A stretch of 64,000 nt of DNA from Callorhinchus milii. Taxonomy: Eukaryota. The stretch is taken from assembly GCF_018977255.1 (NCBI RefSeq), contig NW_024704759.1, forward strand, positions 8,618,001-8,682,000, written 5' to 3'. Position 1 is the stretch's first letter, and each line of letters starts with the position of its first letter. The translations under genes and the position numbers were made by a program. Of the stretch, positions 11,862 to 26,080 are shown piece after piece. The notes under the pieces were generated by a model that saw only the letters and a program-made list of their open reading frames with translations, made no database searches and was not told the DNA's origin.

Positions 11862-13154
11862 TCATTTTCCACTTTCTGTACTGATAAATTACATGACTAG
11901 AGGAGAAAAATGTAAGTGTGAAAGCAGAATTTGCCGAAAAGAAAATGTGTAAGGTAAAGGAACATCTTGCTCATTGTATCTTTAGTCCAATCTGCCATTT
12001 TGGGCACTTCCACAGAAGCTTATTGTATATTTGCACCAACATGATAGCTGCAAATCAACCGAGGTCTCAAAGTGATTTAAAACAACAGAAATTACAGAGT
12101 GAACTCCTGCTGGTCTGCATCTTGAACAGTTAAGAAGAGATAGTTACCTTTTTTTCAATATCGTGATATCATGGAATTGTTTACACTGGGGAAAATAAGC
12201 TACAATATTTTGCTAGTGTTTTATAATGGGTTGCATTATTTTATTCTCCAACTTTGCAAATACTATATTCGAGCAGAAATTTTACAATGTTATCAGCAAT
12301 GAAGAAAGAGGTTCACTTCTCATTTAAATGCTCTGTAAAGCGCAGGATTGCAATGGTGGTTATTTCTGGAAATCACATACTCAGGATAGAACAAAAAAAA
12401 ATTCTGCACATTTGTTTAGAAAGCATATTTAACGTACAGGGTGTGGAATAATGTTACACCTTCAGAGAAACCCATGAAGAAATGTGATTAGCTGCAATTT
12501 GCTCTTGCTGTGGGGATTACAAAGAAAATAGCAGTGAAATGAAATGTATTTCTTACTGGACATCTGATTTAATATAAAAACATATATCGGCAAAAATTAC
12601 TCCAATGACTTCAAACAGGAAATCGTAACAGAAACCCTTGAGGTTAAAGGCAATTTACTTTACTGAGCGATGCATGAACTGTTTGCCCAAAGGCTATTCA
12701 TGTTAGAAATAAATAGGCTGATGTAGTGGTTTATATCTCAGATTGGAATTGTATTTCAAAGCTTTGTCAAGCTCTGCACTTTTCATTATTACTACAGTAT
12801 ACCAAAGCTCCCTAGGTACTTTTTCTAGATCATCATGCGGTTTGTGAGTAGAACATGATATTAACTAATCTCATAAGGTAAGCGTAAACATGCTTCATCT
12901 AACTACAGTACAGGAGATAATAGTAATAGGGATCTTTAGCATTTTAAAGACATAGATAAGACACAATAATTACAGTCATGTCCATTTGTAGATAACCTTT
13001 CCTTTGTTGTCTCTATTATAGAGCAATTTACTTCCATTAAATTGGATGAATTGCATTTCAATTTTACTAACAATGTTATATCATCATTAACATATTGCAG
13101 CAAATAAATGGTCATCATTGTTCCAACAATCAATCCTTTAATTTAACTTCACCC

Positions 13155-13199
13155 ATTGCCGCTATCTTGGAGCTCTGAATGCTCCAAGATAGCAGCAAT
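13155..13199. repeat. Near-perfect hairpin (19-bp stem, 1 mismatch, 7-nt loop)
   Basis: attgccgctatcttggagc-tctgaat-gctccaagatagcagcaat. Confidence 0.92.
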
Positions 13200-13659
13200 A
13201 TGTTCAGTTCCTCATATGTTCAGTTCAGCAATTAGCTGTGATAGTGAAATTGTGAGGATTGGATAGGATTTTGCTACCACTCTCGCTACAGTATCAAATT
13301 GGCTGAATCATACCTGGGAGGTCTGCAAAGATTAATGGTATTGCAATCATGTCAGTGCCAACGAATGCAATGTATTTCAACGGCTTATTTAGTCAAGGTC
13401 TGAACTCCTTTCCAATGATGAGACATTCACCACTGAATTTCCTTTGCAGTGCGAACATGAAGAATATGTATAGTTAATTAATTTATCTACAGGCAATTAT
13501 TAAGAACAGGAAAACTTTATCCACAATCCGCACACCATGTTTATTTCTCTGAACACAATTACAAGGTGTAAAGTTGTTCTGTTTTGATATAAAACAAATG
13601 TCCCCTTTTTTTCATGGTTGGGTTTTGGCTCTTTGACTACAGCTAATTACTTGTCAAGA

Positions 13660-13815
13660 AAAATTGCTGGCTATTTGTTACTATAGCCATTTCATATAGG
13701 GTTTTGCCTACAAAATATACAGTCAATTCACTTTACAGTATATTCTGTGAAGCGCTTTTGGATGTCTCAAAAACGTGATAAGACGCTATATCAAATGCAA
13801 TGATCATTATTATCC
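13660..13815 (+). mobile_element. SINE 3' tail
   Basis: caaaatatacagtcaattcactttacagtatattctgtgaagcgc...gacgctatatcaaatgcaa...attattat. Confidence 0.85.
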
Positions 13816-13874
13816 TTTAATAAATTAAAACGCAATCTAATATGCTATTCGTAGGCCACTGAGTCAAACCTGAA

Positions 13875-14215
13875 GGAACAAAGAAGAGACACAAGTATGC
13901 CTGGTCTGATCTCATCCCTCCAAGAACATTCATCCTACCAAAACCACCACTGCATCAAGCTGCTGTTTATATGAGTCTAGTGTCCTGGTCTCTACCATCT
14001 TTCTGTCAATCTGTTCCAATTGTTGATTACCATCTATGTAAAGAAAAACTTCCTGGTGTATCTGTCCTGAAATTGCCCTGTATAACTCTAAACCTATGTC
14101 CTCTTGTTCTACCGCCATGTACTGATCTAGGTTTACTGTTCCAATCCCATTTTAAATTTTGTACACCTCTACGATGTCCCCTCTGGGTCATTTTCTCTAG
14201 CTTGTCTAGTTATTT
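13875..14215 (-). mobile_element. CR1 LINE 3' portion
   Basis: Minus strand reads gcaatttcaggacagatacaccaggaag and MVETRTLDSYKQQLDAVV, the CR1 ORF2 end. Confidence 0.85.
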
Positions 14216-14974
14216 CTCATCATAGCTCATTCCTCCAGCACAAGGAAACATATTTGATGCTCTTCTCTGCACCGCCTCTATGGCTTGCCCTTATATCGCA
14301 GTGATTTTTAAAAAACCTTTGAAAATAATGTTCCCCTAAAGGTGTTTCTTCAAATTTTAGCATACAATGACACCAGAGGACACTATCACCCAAATTATTT
14401 GCCATAAATATTTAATGTTACGTTTCAGCAGTTCTCTCATACAAATTAAACTAAAAGGAATTTAAGGTGATCTATGCTTGCAAGTGCGTCAACTTACAAG
14501 CAGTAAAGTGACAAGCATTACTTTAAACATGACTACATTTGGTAGAATGGCAGGAAAAATAAAGTATTGATTTCATCAGTATTGTACAAACATGACTGAT
14601 AGGGTAACAAGACGTAGGTTTGAAATGTTTCCCAAAGATAGATCGATGTGTGCAGAGTGACACTAATTATAAGGAAGGATTTAAGAGCTGTTGGCAAAGA
14701 TATGACAACAGAAGGCGGGGTGGCGGTAATAAGGATCCTGGAAAACAGTAATAAAGACAGAAAAATAATACTTGACGACTGCTATCGCCTCCATCTCAAA
14801 CTGAACAAAGAGAGTGAGAGCTCTTCTGGCAAATAAAAAAGCCTATAAGAAATTGCACGATACTATTCATGTAAACAAAAATTTCCCAGAAGTAAACTAA
14901 TTTCCAGGGATAACCAGAAGGGAGAGTAAGTTTACATGCAATGAGTTAGGGAAAAAAAATCAATGACGACTGTC

Positions 14975-15205
14975 CAACGCCAAACCACGGGACGCTCTCT
15001 GAGATGTTATCCTGCGTGAAGGGCATTGTGTGATTGAAAGTTGTTGTTGAGAAGCCAGTTCACAAGATCAAAAGATCAGTTCTGATGAAGAAGGGCTTTC
15101 GGCCCATTCAATCTCATCCTTCCAGAACACCCAACCTACTGTTCATCCTCCCATCACAGCATCAATCTGCTTTTTAAATGACTCCAATGTTCAGGTCTCT
15201 ACTGG
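14975..15205. mobile_element. L2 tail (+, to ~15050) facing a CR1 3' end (-, from ~15060)
   Basis: gtgaagggcattgtg...gttgttgttg followed by cacaagatcaaaagatc...ggcccattcaatctcatccttccagaacacc. Confidence 0.75.
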
Positions 15206-15739
15206 CCAGATGCTGAGTGACGTTCTGTGCTCTCAGAGGTCTTTCTGTGGTTGTTTCGGTTTTGAAAAGTTCCTTTTGAATCCGCGATGGATGTTACACA
15301 TGAATAGAAACAATTAATTAAAAAGTGCACATGTTAGCAGAAATGTCTCGGCCGCAAAGTCATTTCGTTCAATCATGAAAACAATGTTTTGTATGATTTA
15401 TATTTAATCATGATAAATGAGCTAATTACTGCCGCAATTTAACTGAAAAATGGCAAAAGGGTTTCCATATTATTTAACATCAATTTTGTTTGTTTCGCTC
15501 TTATTTTTTCCCTTTCTCTCCTTTCTTGCCATAACAGTTGATATCCACATTATTTACGAGAGTGGAACTGTCTAGTCCAAAGATAGCACTGTGAAACCCA
15601 TGCAATACAATTTACATTTATATAGCGTCTTTGATAATGGGGTCCCTAAGCACATTCACAGTGTGCTGGCCAGGCACTTGAACTGGGAGAGGGAGAGGAG
15701 TTGCTGCTTACTGTTAGGTGAACAGAGCGGTTATTAGAT

Positions 15740-16070
15740 CAAAACGTCTCAAAGCTCTTCGCAAATAATTACGGTCAAGTGTAATGATTGCTTTAGCAGG
15801 TAGTTATTTGGATTAGCAAACTTCCACAAACACCCATGATGTACACGACCAACTAATCTGGAGGATTGTTGGCCAGGACACCAGGAGAAACTTCTCTTTT
15901 CATACAGTGATATGGGATCTTTGAAGTCCACCTAAATAATCCCAATTTAATGTCTCCTTCAAAAAGCAGCACCTCCAAAAATGCAGGGCTCCCCACTTAA
16001 GTATCAGCCTAGACAATGAGATCAAGACTCCAGGAAAGGCCTGGAACACAAACCGCTAAGCAAGGCAAAC
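15740..16070 (-). mobile_element. Deu-domain SINE, degraded
   Basis: gattgttggccaggacaccaggagaaact...atgggatctttgaagtccacct...gcacctcc...tcagcctagac. Confidence 0.8.
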
Positions 16071-17454
16071 TAAGATGCCAAAAACAAATGGGAAAGACTG
16101 GGCGGAAAATGGTAAAAAAAAAACTCCTTTTACAGTTCTGCTAATTTTGACCTTGAGAAGTACATGAGGAAAAAGTTTAAAGCAACCAGCTCACTGGTGC
16201 CTGAGAAAATCTTTGAAGATGAATATTTATGAGGATATTATTCAAAGAATAACGGGTTCTAGCTCTGCTTATGTTGAAGAACACAAAATGAATCGAGGAA
16301 GAGGATCCCTAGGTCTGAAAAGGTTGTTATCTAATAAAGATTTAGCTGGATTGTATTATTAGAATTGAGACAAGCACATGGTAAAGGTCATTGCAACAGC
16401 ACCCAAACCATTGTACAAATTCAACATCTTTATTATCCGAAACATTGATCCCTCTAAGGATACCCTGCAGTGATAAATGAATACCTGACGGGCATCTCAG
16501 CTGAGGAAACAGTATATTGATCCAAGAGCTACTTTATAAGCCAGTTAATGGAAGACAAGACAATGAAAATGTTGATAACTTAAGCCCTACTTAATCCCGG
16601 AAATCGAGACAAGAATCTTCATTTATCAAAAAAAATCCAAAAAAGTTAAAGCTAGCTCAGCTGATTTGTAAGATAGAGATGTGATACATCTTAAGGATTT
16701 AAACACAGCTTGACGTGTAATCTTCCAGATCTTGGTTCACTTTGCAGTTGCATGTTACTTAAAATGGAGCTGCTGCTGTGCCCATAACTAAAAGGACCTT
16801 TAGTTATCCTGGAAGTCATTAGCAATGGCCAGCTGTCTTTCATGATACAAGCTTGCTACGTGTGAGGTTTAGTCACTTGGTCAATATCCCAGCATGTCCC
16901 TTAGGAATTGAGAATGCTCCCCCTGGTAGGGCTAAAAGGCTGATCAATCATATTGTATATGCTGTGTTCCTTTGAGGCTTAGAGGAGTTCAAAGGACAAA
17001 TATACTAGAATCAAACATGTGTGGTTTGATACATTTAATGCACCATTTATGGCATTAGTGGTATTAATATTAGCAACGAACTAGCCATAATTTTATGCAG
17101 CAAAGCTTTTAGCAGCTATGAATATCTGTATCCTGCTAAGAATCCTAATTAATTATTAATTATACAAGATATTTTGATTATTATTGATATGGTGTGCCCT
17201 GTACTGAAATGGTGCTAACTGAAGAATAGCCTAGCAGATCTACACAAGCTTCGGATTTTTGTTTTGAGTGAAACAGTGTTCTAATGAAAACTAATTTTTA
17301 AGTGAAATCATTATATTTAGCCGAAATTCCTGTTTGTTTCCAGTGCTTTGAATTCCTTAAACTCCATGTCCAATATATAAAGTGTTCCAATGTAAAGATG
17401 TACGGATATGTGTGTTTTCATAAACAATTCACACCAGAATTGTTTTAAGAACTT

Positions 17455-17935
17455 TTTGAAGACTTGAAACTTGAGCTCAAAATCCAGGCTACTGCATTCT
17501 CCATCTTTTGGACGAGGCATTAAACCAAGGTCGAATCTGTGCCCTATTCAGGTGATCGTTAAAGATACTGTGATGTTTTTCGAAGACAGAGGGATTTTTT
17601 TCCCCGTGTCCTGGTTGACAATCCCCCAGATAAAACTGGTTACTCAATTACTTCACTTCACAGCTGTTTGCGGGATGTTGCTGTTCACAAATTGGCTGCT
17701 ACGTTTGCACATTAAACAGATTACACTTAATAATAATAATCCCTTCAAAGAATTATGATAATTTGGTCACTCAATCCATGACTATTTGTGGGACGCTTCT
17801 GTACGCGATTGGCTGCAACATTTCGCCCACAAAATACAGTCAATTCACTTTACAGTATATTCTGTGAAGCACTTTAAGACGTCTTGACAACATGATAAGG
17901 CACTATATCAAATGCAAGAATTATTATTATTATTA
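17455..17935 (+). mobile_element. Deu-SINE (to ~17740) followed in tandem by a second SINE tail
   Basis: Core ttttggacgaggcattaaaccaagg...ttcaggtg...gtgtcctgg; second tail from ggtcactcaatccatgact to (att)n. Confidence 0.85.
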
Positions 17936-18197
17936 ATACTTAACAGTAATCCTGTAGTTAGTGATGTAGATACCAATAGGCAGATTGTATGTTACAGTAA
18001 AGTTTAGACTTAACTCCCTGATTTATATTCAGAATTAACCGTCTCACACTCTGCGTAAAGATGGTCCTAATATATTGGAATCCATCCAAAAAGTCCCGCA
18101 AACTAATTGAATTTGTGGGCTGCGGCAGTCAAATCCTTCCCGATCTGTAGGCGGTAACAATAGTGGTGGTGATCAGAGGCTTTGGGCTAGACATTGA

Positions 18198-18222
18198 GTG
18201 TGTGTGTGTGTGTGTGTGTGTG
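18198..18222. repeat. (GT)n microsatellite
   Basis: Directly visible. Confidence 0.95.
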
Positions 18223-19309
18223 AGGGGTTGGGGGAAGGTAAATTCACGTCGATAATTAAAGACTGTTTGGGACAATTGTTGGTGATTGATGATTGTCTCT
18301 GGTGATGATTTTACATCACATATCGCATCTCTCACTCCCAAAATGTCTTTCTCAGCGTTCCAACATTGAAACATAGAGCAATTGCCAGAGTCGAGGAGAT
18401 GGTACTGCTTTAAGATATTCAAGTCAAAAACTGCCAGCATTTGCCAGCATAATCTGTTTATTCCTCAATGAGTTTCTGCTCTGCTAGGTAACATTTCTTT
18501 GTTATCAGTGCCTTTATGCTTCGGAGGAATTTTTTATTCTTCAGAGCTGCCAAATCTCTAAAGAATCCCAAGTTAACAAACAGTGTCAACACTTTACAAG
18601 TTCAAAGGCTTGCTTTTCATCCACGGGCTTAGGCAGGGACCTTTATGAAACATCTATCTTGAACTTTAGGCTTCCAATGGAACTAACCATCACAGGCTAA
18701 ATCAATAAGTGCATCGTTATATGAGAAAAGTAGAATCAATATGTAACAATTACGGGTTTGTCAGGCTCATATTGGGAGCTCCTGTTTATCAAAAAATTTG
18801 TCATGTTAAGTTCACATTGTATGTTCAGGTTCATGAGATTTGCACCATAATTTCTTTACCTACTAATTTTGCAAAATGTACCCAAGTGACTGTTTCAAAT
18901 TGCAATGTTATAGCCTTTATAATGTATTAATAGGCAGAATGTATGTTATTGTGAACTTGGGGCATCATCCATTGATTTAGATTTGATTTAGATTCAGCGG
19001 TGATTGTTTCACGCACCGTGTAAAGTTGGTTCACATATGTTAGAGTTTATCCAATATATTAGGATCAAGGTTTTTTTTGAGTGAGAGAACACAACATGCA
19101 CATTTACCTCTATGTTGATGTATTCAGATAGTTTTGTCACACTTTACTTCATCTCAGAGAATAAAGGGGAAGCTTACCAGCTGTATGTTTGATAACACAG
19201 GGATAATTTAAGGAAAATTACAGTGTGCTTGGCTCTCCATTAAACCTGACAGCTTTATTCTTTTGCACTTACCTGTGTGATTTTTGGAAGAAAACACTAT
19301 GCAACACTG

Positions 19310-19685
19310 CTTGTTGTATTTGGATATCATACCTTTTCAAATCAAAATGTCTTAAAGTGTTTCACAGAGATTTTTGTAGAGTGTAATGTTTGCCTATTTT
19401 GTAGGTGAACGTACTAAGCCAATTTGCACGCAGCAATGTCACACAAACAGTCCATATTTGTTTTTAATCTGGGAGATTGTTGGCCAGGACACTGGGAGAA
19501 ACTGTTCTTTTTTCAGATAGCAGTCTTCAATGTCCACCTGAACAGACAGACAACATCTCTGGTTCAATATTCATCTGAAGGACGGCACCTCTGTCAATAC
19601 AGAACCCCTCCAGCAGTGCATTGAAGTGTCAGTATCGACTATGATCTCAAAGTCTCAATGTGGGTCTCGAACCCACAGTTTTGAT
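19310..19685 (-). mobile_element. Deu-domain SINE
   Basis: ttggccaggacactgggagaa...gtccacctgaacagacag...catctgaaggacggcacctc...cgaacccaca (B box). Confidence 0.87.
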
Positions 19686-20719
19686 GGCTATTAGAAGGGA
19701 CTGGAACATGAATTGGGAGACCATGGAGACACTGATGGTTATAGAGACTGTGTTGTTACAGTTTGACGAAAGAAGCGTTTTTCACTGACATTAAGCAAAG
19801 TTTTCACTGGTAGAAACAGAAAGCCATTGTGTATGTTAAGCATAAACCTAAGCCTTTTACTTCTAGTGTTTGGCCAGAACTCTGTAAAGAACTTTGAAGT
19901 GTAAAGATCTAATAAGGGGGATAAGGGTGGAAGCATATTGTATCTGAATATTTGATATTCTGTGCAAGCTTCGACACAATCATAATGAATTCTGCAAACA
20001 AAATAATTGATTTCATTTGGCTTAGCCTCGGGTCCACTGAAGCGAATAACTTTGTAACTACAAATGCCCAACTTCAGTTTTTGACATCAGGAATGTCCCG
20101 GATTTGAATTATTCCAGGTCTACCTTATGGTGTAATGGTTCTGTGAATAGCAGATAATTAACACGAAAAAGTGCCAGGTTTTAATATGCTCTCCGACAGG
20201 TTGATGTATGACAAGCACGTTCATCTGGAGTTTGTTCACAGCAACCAACCATTACTACACTACAGCTGTTTTAAATAGCAAGTGACAAGGCAGAGAACAG
20301 CAGGGGTGGGGGGGGCTAGTTATTAGGGAAGTGAATGAATTAGACAAGGGCATATGAGCGAACAGCATTTCAGGATATCAAAAGAAAAGTTTTTAAACAG
20401 AACTGAAATTTCCTAGTGATGTTTAAATTATTTCTGCTGCTTAACAGCTGATGCCAATTTCGATTTCTTTAAAGTAATTACTGTCTGACAGTGCTGAATA
20501 AAATAAAAATGAGACCTCTTTTTATGCACCATATTATGTCTTGGGAAACATGACTGTTTTATGTGCTTGTTATTGCCATTGCAATACATTCTATCATAAG
20601 TACCACAAAACTAAATGCTGTTCAATGACTATTGATTGCCTAGGTATAAAAGTAGCAAGCATCTCAATTAACTGCACAAGGCATGCTGTACATTAACCAC
20701 TGCTTCGTGGATCTAATAG

Positions 20720-20945
20720 AGAGTTTAGAAAGAACTTCTTCACACAGAGGTTGGTGAGAAGGTGGAACTTATTTGAAGCAAATAACATCAATGTATTTAA
20801 GAGAAAACTTGATGCATACACAAGGGAGAAGGGAATAGAAGGGTATAGGAGATGGGAATAGGAGAGATGGGGGTATGTGAGGAGATCACATACACGGGCA
20901 GAGATCAGTTGATGAATGGTCTGTTTCCATGCTGTATTGTTAAGT
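20720..20945 (+). mobile_element. CR1 LINE 3' end
   Basis: RKNFFTQRLVRRWN...FKRKLDAY..EKGIEGY, then gaatggtctgtttccatgctgta. Confidence 0.85.
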
Positions 20946-22169
20946 AACCCTTTATTGTCCCAGTATGTTCAAACAATTAGATGCATCCAATTGCAAATTG
21001 GAGCAATTTCCTATTCTTTTCAAGTTGTCAAAGTGGAACATATGTATACAGATGAAAGGAGCGGAAATCAGCATGACACTGGGTAATTAGGTTTTTCACA
21101 AAGCACTCTTGATATCATTTAATCATTGATAACATTGTTAATGTGACACACTACGGCGCATTTCCTCCGTAAAACACAGGATCCTACAATAATTGCAGCT
21201 CGACTTAAACTAGAATTTTTAATCTTAGTTCTGTGGCTTAAGGGTCCCTCCCCCCGCCTACATATTTTCTGTTATTTTCGTGTAAGTTTATAATTATTCA
21301 AAGATCATGCAGTTTCTCCATATGACAGTCTTTATTTACACATCTTTAACACCAAGCATTAACCAGGCTTCCCTTTCTTATGGAACTTATGAGTGTCAAG
21401 AGATTACTTTGATCATTCAACGTGTCAACAAGCAGTGATGCCAGATTTAGTAACAACTTCACAAAACTTGAATGAGTATCAATCTCCACCAGATTTGACT
21501 GCAGACTCCAAACTCAGTACCTTTGCTCCTGTAATTGAACAGTTTAATCTATCGCCATCATTGCTCATGACCAGAAGACCTAAACTGGCCAGATAGCTTG
21601 TATTGATTAAGTAGGAGACGAGTGTTGAGATGTGTGTAGTTCTTCATATATTTTGGGGGACTGCCCAATCTTTTCTTTGGAAGCTTAATTTGCAAAAGTA
21701 ATCGCAATATGTTTCTTAAATTGCTGGGCTGGAAGTCAACACAGTTTATCATTTCTATCAGCTTGAAAGCCTCAGTAGAGATTCCATCTTCCTGTTCAAA
21801 AGAACATTTAATTGCTCCTGGCCCTAAGCAATGAAGGAAGGATATCTTCATCCTCGCATTTTAATTTAATTTTTAATTCCAGATTTGCTTTGTGTCAAAA
21901 ACTTCCATTGCGATTTCTTACAGTTCATTGTTTTTTTTGTCACTTAATGTGAAATGGTTTAGATTTCCCTCGGTGCCTTCACTTGTAAACAATAGGGACG
22001 TGTGGAAATCCTTCTTCGCAGCTCAGTGTGAACTAATATGATTCATAGTATAGTTGAAAAACTGCATTTCCCAAACACTGGGATAACCAGCTGCCAATAA
22101 TTCCACTTATCTCAGAGCAATGGCATTACACGTACTGTAAAACAACTGTAATCTGACAAAAGACTGCAG

Positions 22170-22680
22170 AATCAATAGAAACAAACAGTGGTGGATTGAG
22201 TGACCAAATTATTATTATGATTATTTTTAAATTTAAAGGGATTATTTTCCCCGGAAAGATGATCTGCCAATCAACTAACAATTGTGTTCTACTTACTGGT
22301 AGGTGAACAGAGAACAAATTATTGATACTGAAATAAAAAGCTGACTTCATGTCATTGTTCAGAGCGATGTGTGTTCAGACATGGTTAAAGTCGCCACCCA
22401 ACAATATTGTTGGGCTGAACACTAAATTGAATTGAGAACCTCTACCCTATTCTCCTTTCCTCAAAATTATTATAATATGAAATTATAACAATAATACTTG
22501 TACTTGCTATAGCACCTTTCACATCAGAAGGACATCTTAACGCTGAGAACTTCACAGGATTTATTGTAAAATGCAGTGTACTTGGAGGCAAATGTGGCAG
22601 CCCATTTGCACACAGCAACAGTGGTTAAACCAATGATCAATTTTATTTGTTGGCCAGGATACCGGAAGAAACTCACTTCT
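22170..22680 (-). mobile_element. Val-SINE core fragment (22170-22315) and a separate SINE tail (22485-22680)
   Basis: gatctgccaatcaactaacaa...ctacttactggtaggtgaacagag matches 51025-51077; the second piece matches the SINE tail. Confidence 0.75.
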
Positions 22681-24896
22681 CTATTTGGTAATTTATAACA
22701 ATAATTAGTGGTTGAATCTGAAATATAACAATGAGGTAGTCAGGGTGTTTCCATCCAGGGAGCAAGTGTGCATTCCATTCCAGAGACAGGGATGTTTGCA
22801 CATGTAGGTGGAATGAATACAATATGTGGAACTGTCACTCGGAGCAATAATGGGTTTCCACATGTATCAGACACCTTGCTGATCAAAAATAGCTAATATC
22901 CTTTGAGAAAGTTCTCTTTCTGTGGTCCTCTTCTACTGTGACTTTTGTTTAGTACCCTACGCAGAAGAAGAGATTCCCCAGTGAACGTAGAAGGTGAGAT
23001 GGGGGAGCAGGGTAAGCTACATGAGAGATTTGATAAAATTGGGTCAGTAAAGATATCACCTCACAATTCATTGACACATCATGATCACCTGCGACTTATT
23101 ATTCATGCAACTAAGTTTAATAATTCACACTGAGTAACACATTCACCAAAAGGGACAGAGATTGTCTTTCCAGGTCATCGATCTTGCAAGTCTTGCAGTA
23201 ACAAAGCTCGGTAAATCACAATTAAAATCTGTGAGGTAGCATATGTCAACAAATTTAATCTTCTTCTCAGGGGAAGGCAAAGATCTCAATCTGCTCCGAA
23301 GACGAGGCTGCCCTTAAAGTCATTAGTTATTTATTCAGAGGCTGCAACTTCCAACACATAAAATGTTCTTATTAAACCCATTTCCAGCTTTTTCCCCACG
23401 TCTCCTAATGTCTTTTTACATGCTGGATGCAGTCCTTCTCTGCCACAGTGTGTGGGTGGGTGAATTTCAAAAGACTCACTTAATAAGTGGTAATATCTAG
23501 AGAGACCAAGTCTAATGAATCACAAACTATTCAAAATGCTTCCCAAAATGTGCACAACCTACCAATTAGGAACCCAATGCCTCACTGACCTGGTGGGAGG
23601 ATGGAAAAAATAATGTATTCAACGCATTGGTGCAACAGAATTAAATGTTCATTCCTCAACAGCCATTTCTACTGCCCACCTGCCACTGGCCTCTGCAACG
23701 AATGATAGAGGAGGTTTTGCTTCCAGGTCACACTGCTTCCAGAATATAAGAGCTCAATTACACATTCTTATGTATAAAAAAAATACTCTCTGGTACCATT
23801 AGTGAGGACTGAACTCAACTCAGCTATCTTTTAGAATTGCTAATTTAAATACAGTCTTTCATTTGTTTGCTACCATCAAGAAACATGCAAGTTATTTTGC
23901 TACTTTCACACAAGGAAGAAATAAAGCTGTCCATGTTGACCAGTTTACAATAGGATTCGTTAGTTAATTATATTTCTCCTGTCTCACAAGTAGGCTATTA
24001 ATTCAACTCATCCCAGAAGCAGGACCTTAATTACTGCCCGGTACTGACTGGTAGAGTCTTCCATTTAATTCAATGTTCAGCAATCCCCAGCTTGTATAAT
24101 AGTGCAGCAAATAAATGCAAGAGGAGTTCAGCCCCTGCTGGCAATGGGAGCAGAAAATGTAAAAGCTGTTGCCTTAATTTAAAGTAAAGATTTATACGAG
24201 GCTTAAGATGAAAATGTAATGGGAAAAGTTTTGTTTTTCCAATGCACAGTTCAATCCTATACTGCCCTCTATACAACATCAGTTAAACTTGGTATTTCTG
24301 AAGCTCGCTGAGAAATGGTCAAACACCTTTGAGTCAAGCTCTGTAGATCTAATTGTCTTTGTCAATGTTGCCACTAAAATGCCAACTTTGTTTCTTTTGG
24401 TTTACATTTTCTTTTGTGGACTCATTTGATCCTCGGGTGTGCTACAGATCACAGAATCTGGATTGCTTTGAACTCCAGATACAAGAGACCCTCAGCTAGT
24501 GGCAGACTGCCACAGTTACTTCCGCGAGTGTTCTGAAGGGCATTCCCACGGGAAGTTGCAGTGACTGCCTGGTAAGTGAAAAGGTCCATTTATACATCTT
24601 TATATGCATTGTCGTTTGGAAATTGACATCACTTAAAATCATCTCTTATGGTAGAAACTGACAGACGTTATGTCCATTATTAATTTTCCACTGAAATCCT
24701 GTTACATGTATATGATCTTCTAAATGTCTGCCTTCATGAAGTTATAAGGGAAGAAAATGATACCCTGCTTTGACCTGGAAGGGGGAACAATCATTTCCAA
24801 CAGCATGTGCTTCACCAGGGAATTAAAGACCAAGCTGACTGTAGAGTCCTCAGTTGGTTGTTATCATTAATTTCCATTTGCAGTTGCTAGCTTAGT

Positions 24897-25354
24897 GTGT
24901 CAGCCCAGCTCCATTGGTAGCACTCTCACTTTTGAGACAGAAGGTTGACAGTTCAAGGCCATTGTGGCAACTTTATAATGATCCTTGCATTCGCATATAG
25001 TCCAGGCTGATACTCAGTGTGATACTGGGTGTGCACTGCAATTGTTGGAGGTGCCGTCTTTCGGAAGAATTATTAAAAAAGAAAAAGCTCTTGTCTTTTT
25101 GTTCAGGTGGATGTTAAAGATCCTATGGCACTATTCAAAGAGTGGAGGGAATTTCTTCCAATGTCTTGGCCAACAACCCCTTGGATAAAATCGGTCTACT
25201 TCATGGCGGTTTGTGGAACAATGCTGTGCACAAATTGGCTGCTGGTTTGCTTACAAAATACACAGTTATTACACTGTGACGTAAAATCCTGTGAAGCCAT
25301 TTGAGACATCCTCCAAATGTGAAATGTGTGATATTAAATGTAAGAATCATTATT
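24897..25354 (+). mobile_element. tRNA-headed Deu-domain SINE, full length
   Basis: ttggtagcactctc...gttcaagg head; ggaggtgccgtctttcgga...gttcaggtggatgttaaagatcctatggcactatt core; L2-like tail. Confidence 0.9.
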
Positions 25355-25840
25355 AGCTTTACCTTCCTTCTCTGGTAAAACCACTATGGAGACTCAAAAC
25401 AGCAACAATATCAACAACAAATTACTTTTGTATGGCACCTTTCACATCGGGAGGACTTCCCAAGAAGCTGAACAATAGCAATTCACAAAACAAAGGGGAT
25501 GATTAGCTACCATCTATCCATGTATTAGAGGGTAATCTTATTATTGCTACTCTTAATCAATCCTGACTCTCCTCAGTCGAGCTTTAACATGCAGCTTTCA
25601 GATCCTACATTTCTAATCACGTGACTGACTATTAAATAGGGCATCTATAACATCCTGCTGCTTGGATCAGATGAAGTGCAGCTTCAAAGATACCTGCTGT
25701 GACCTTCTCTCTGCTCATATGCTGACGGTAGAACCAATTTGGACAAATAGTTTGGAACCAACGTCTCCGGTGTTGAGCAATACCCTTTCCAGATGTTGCA
25801 CGGAAGGAATTTTGAGCAAGTATCACAGTTTTATAATTAA

Positions 25841-26080
25841 TAATAATAATAATCCTTGCATTTGATATAGCGCTTTTCATGCCTTCTAGATGTCTCAAAG
25901 CACTTCACAGAATATACTGTAAAGTGAATTGATTGCATATTTGTGGGCGAAATGTGGCAGCCATGAAATGGATTTTAATTAAAAAACTGTCATAATTAGC
26001 CAACAATGTCCCAAATAAAAATGGTCATTCATTCCTTGATGTGAAAAGGTGCCATAGCAAACATAAGAATTATTATTAGT
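25841..26080. mobile_element. SINE tail (-) joined to a SINE 3' remnant (+)
   Basis: (taa)n-ccttgcatttgatatagcgc...gtggcagcc, then gccaacaat...gtgaaaaggtgccatag...attattatt. Confidence 0.75.

Noticed and set aside
16140-16700. Purine-rich, coding-looking stretch
   Set aside because: Frames close every 30-50 codons and I recognise no motif.
24563-24580. miR-200b-like actgcctggtaa
   Set aside because: It lacks the TAATACTG seed; a 12-nt match is plausible by chance.
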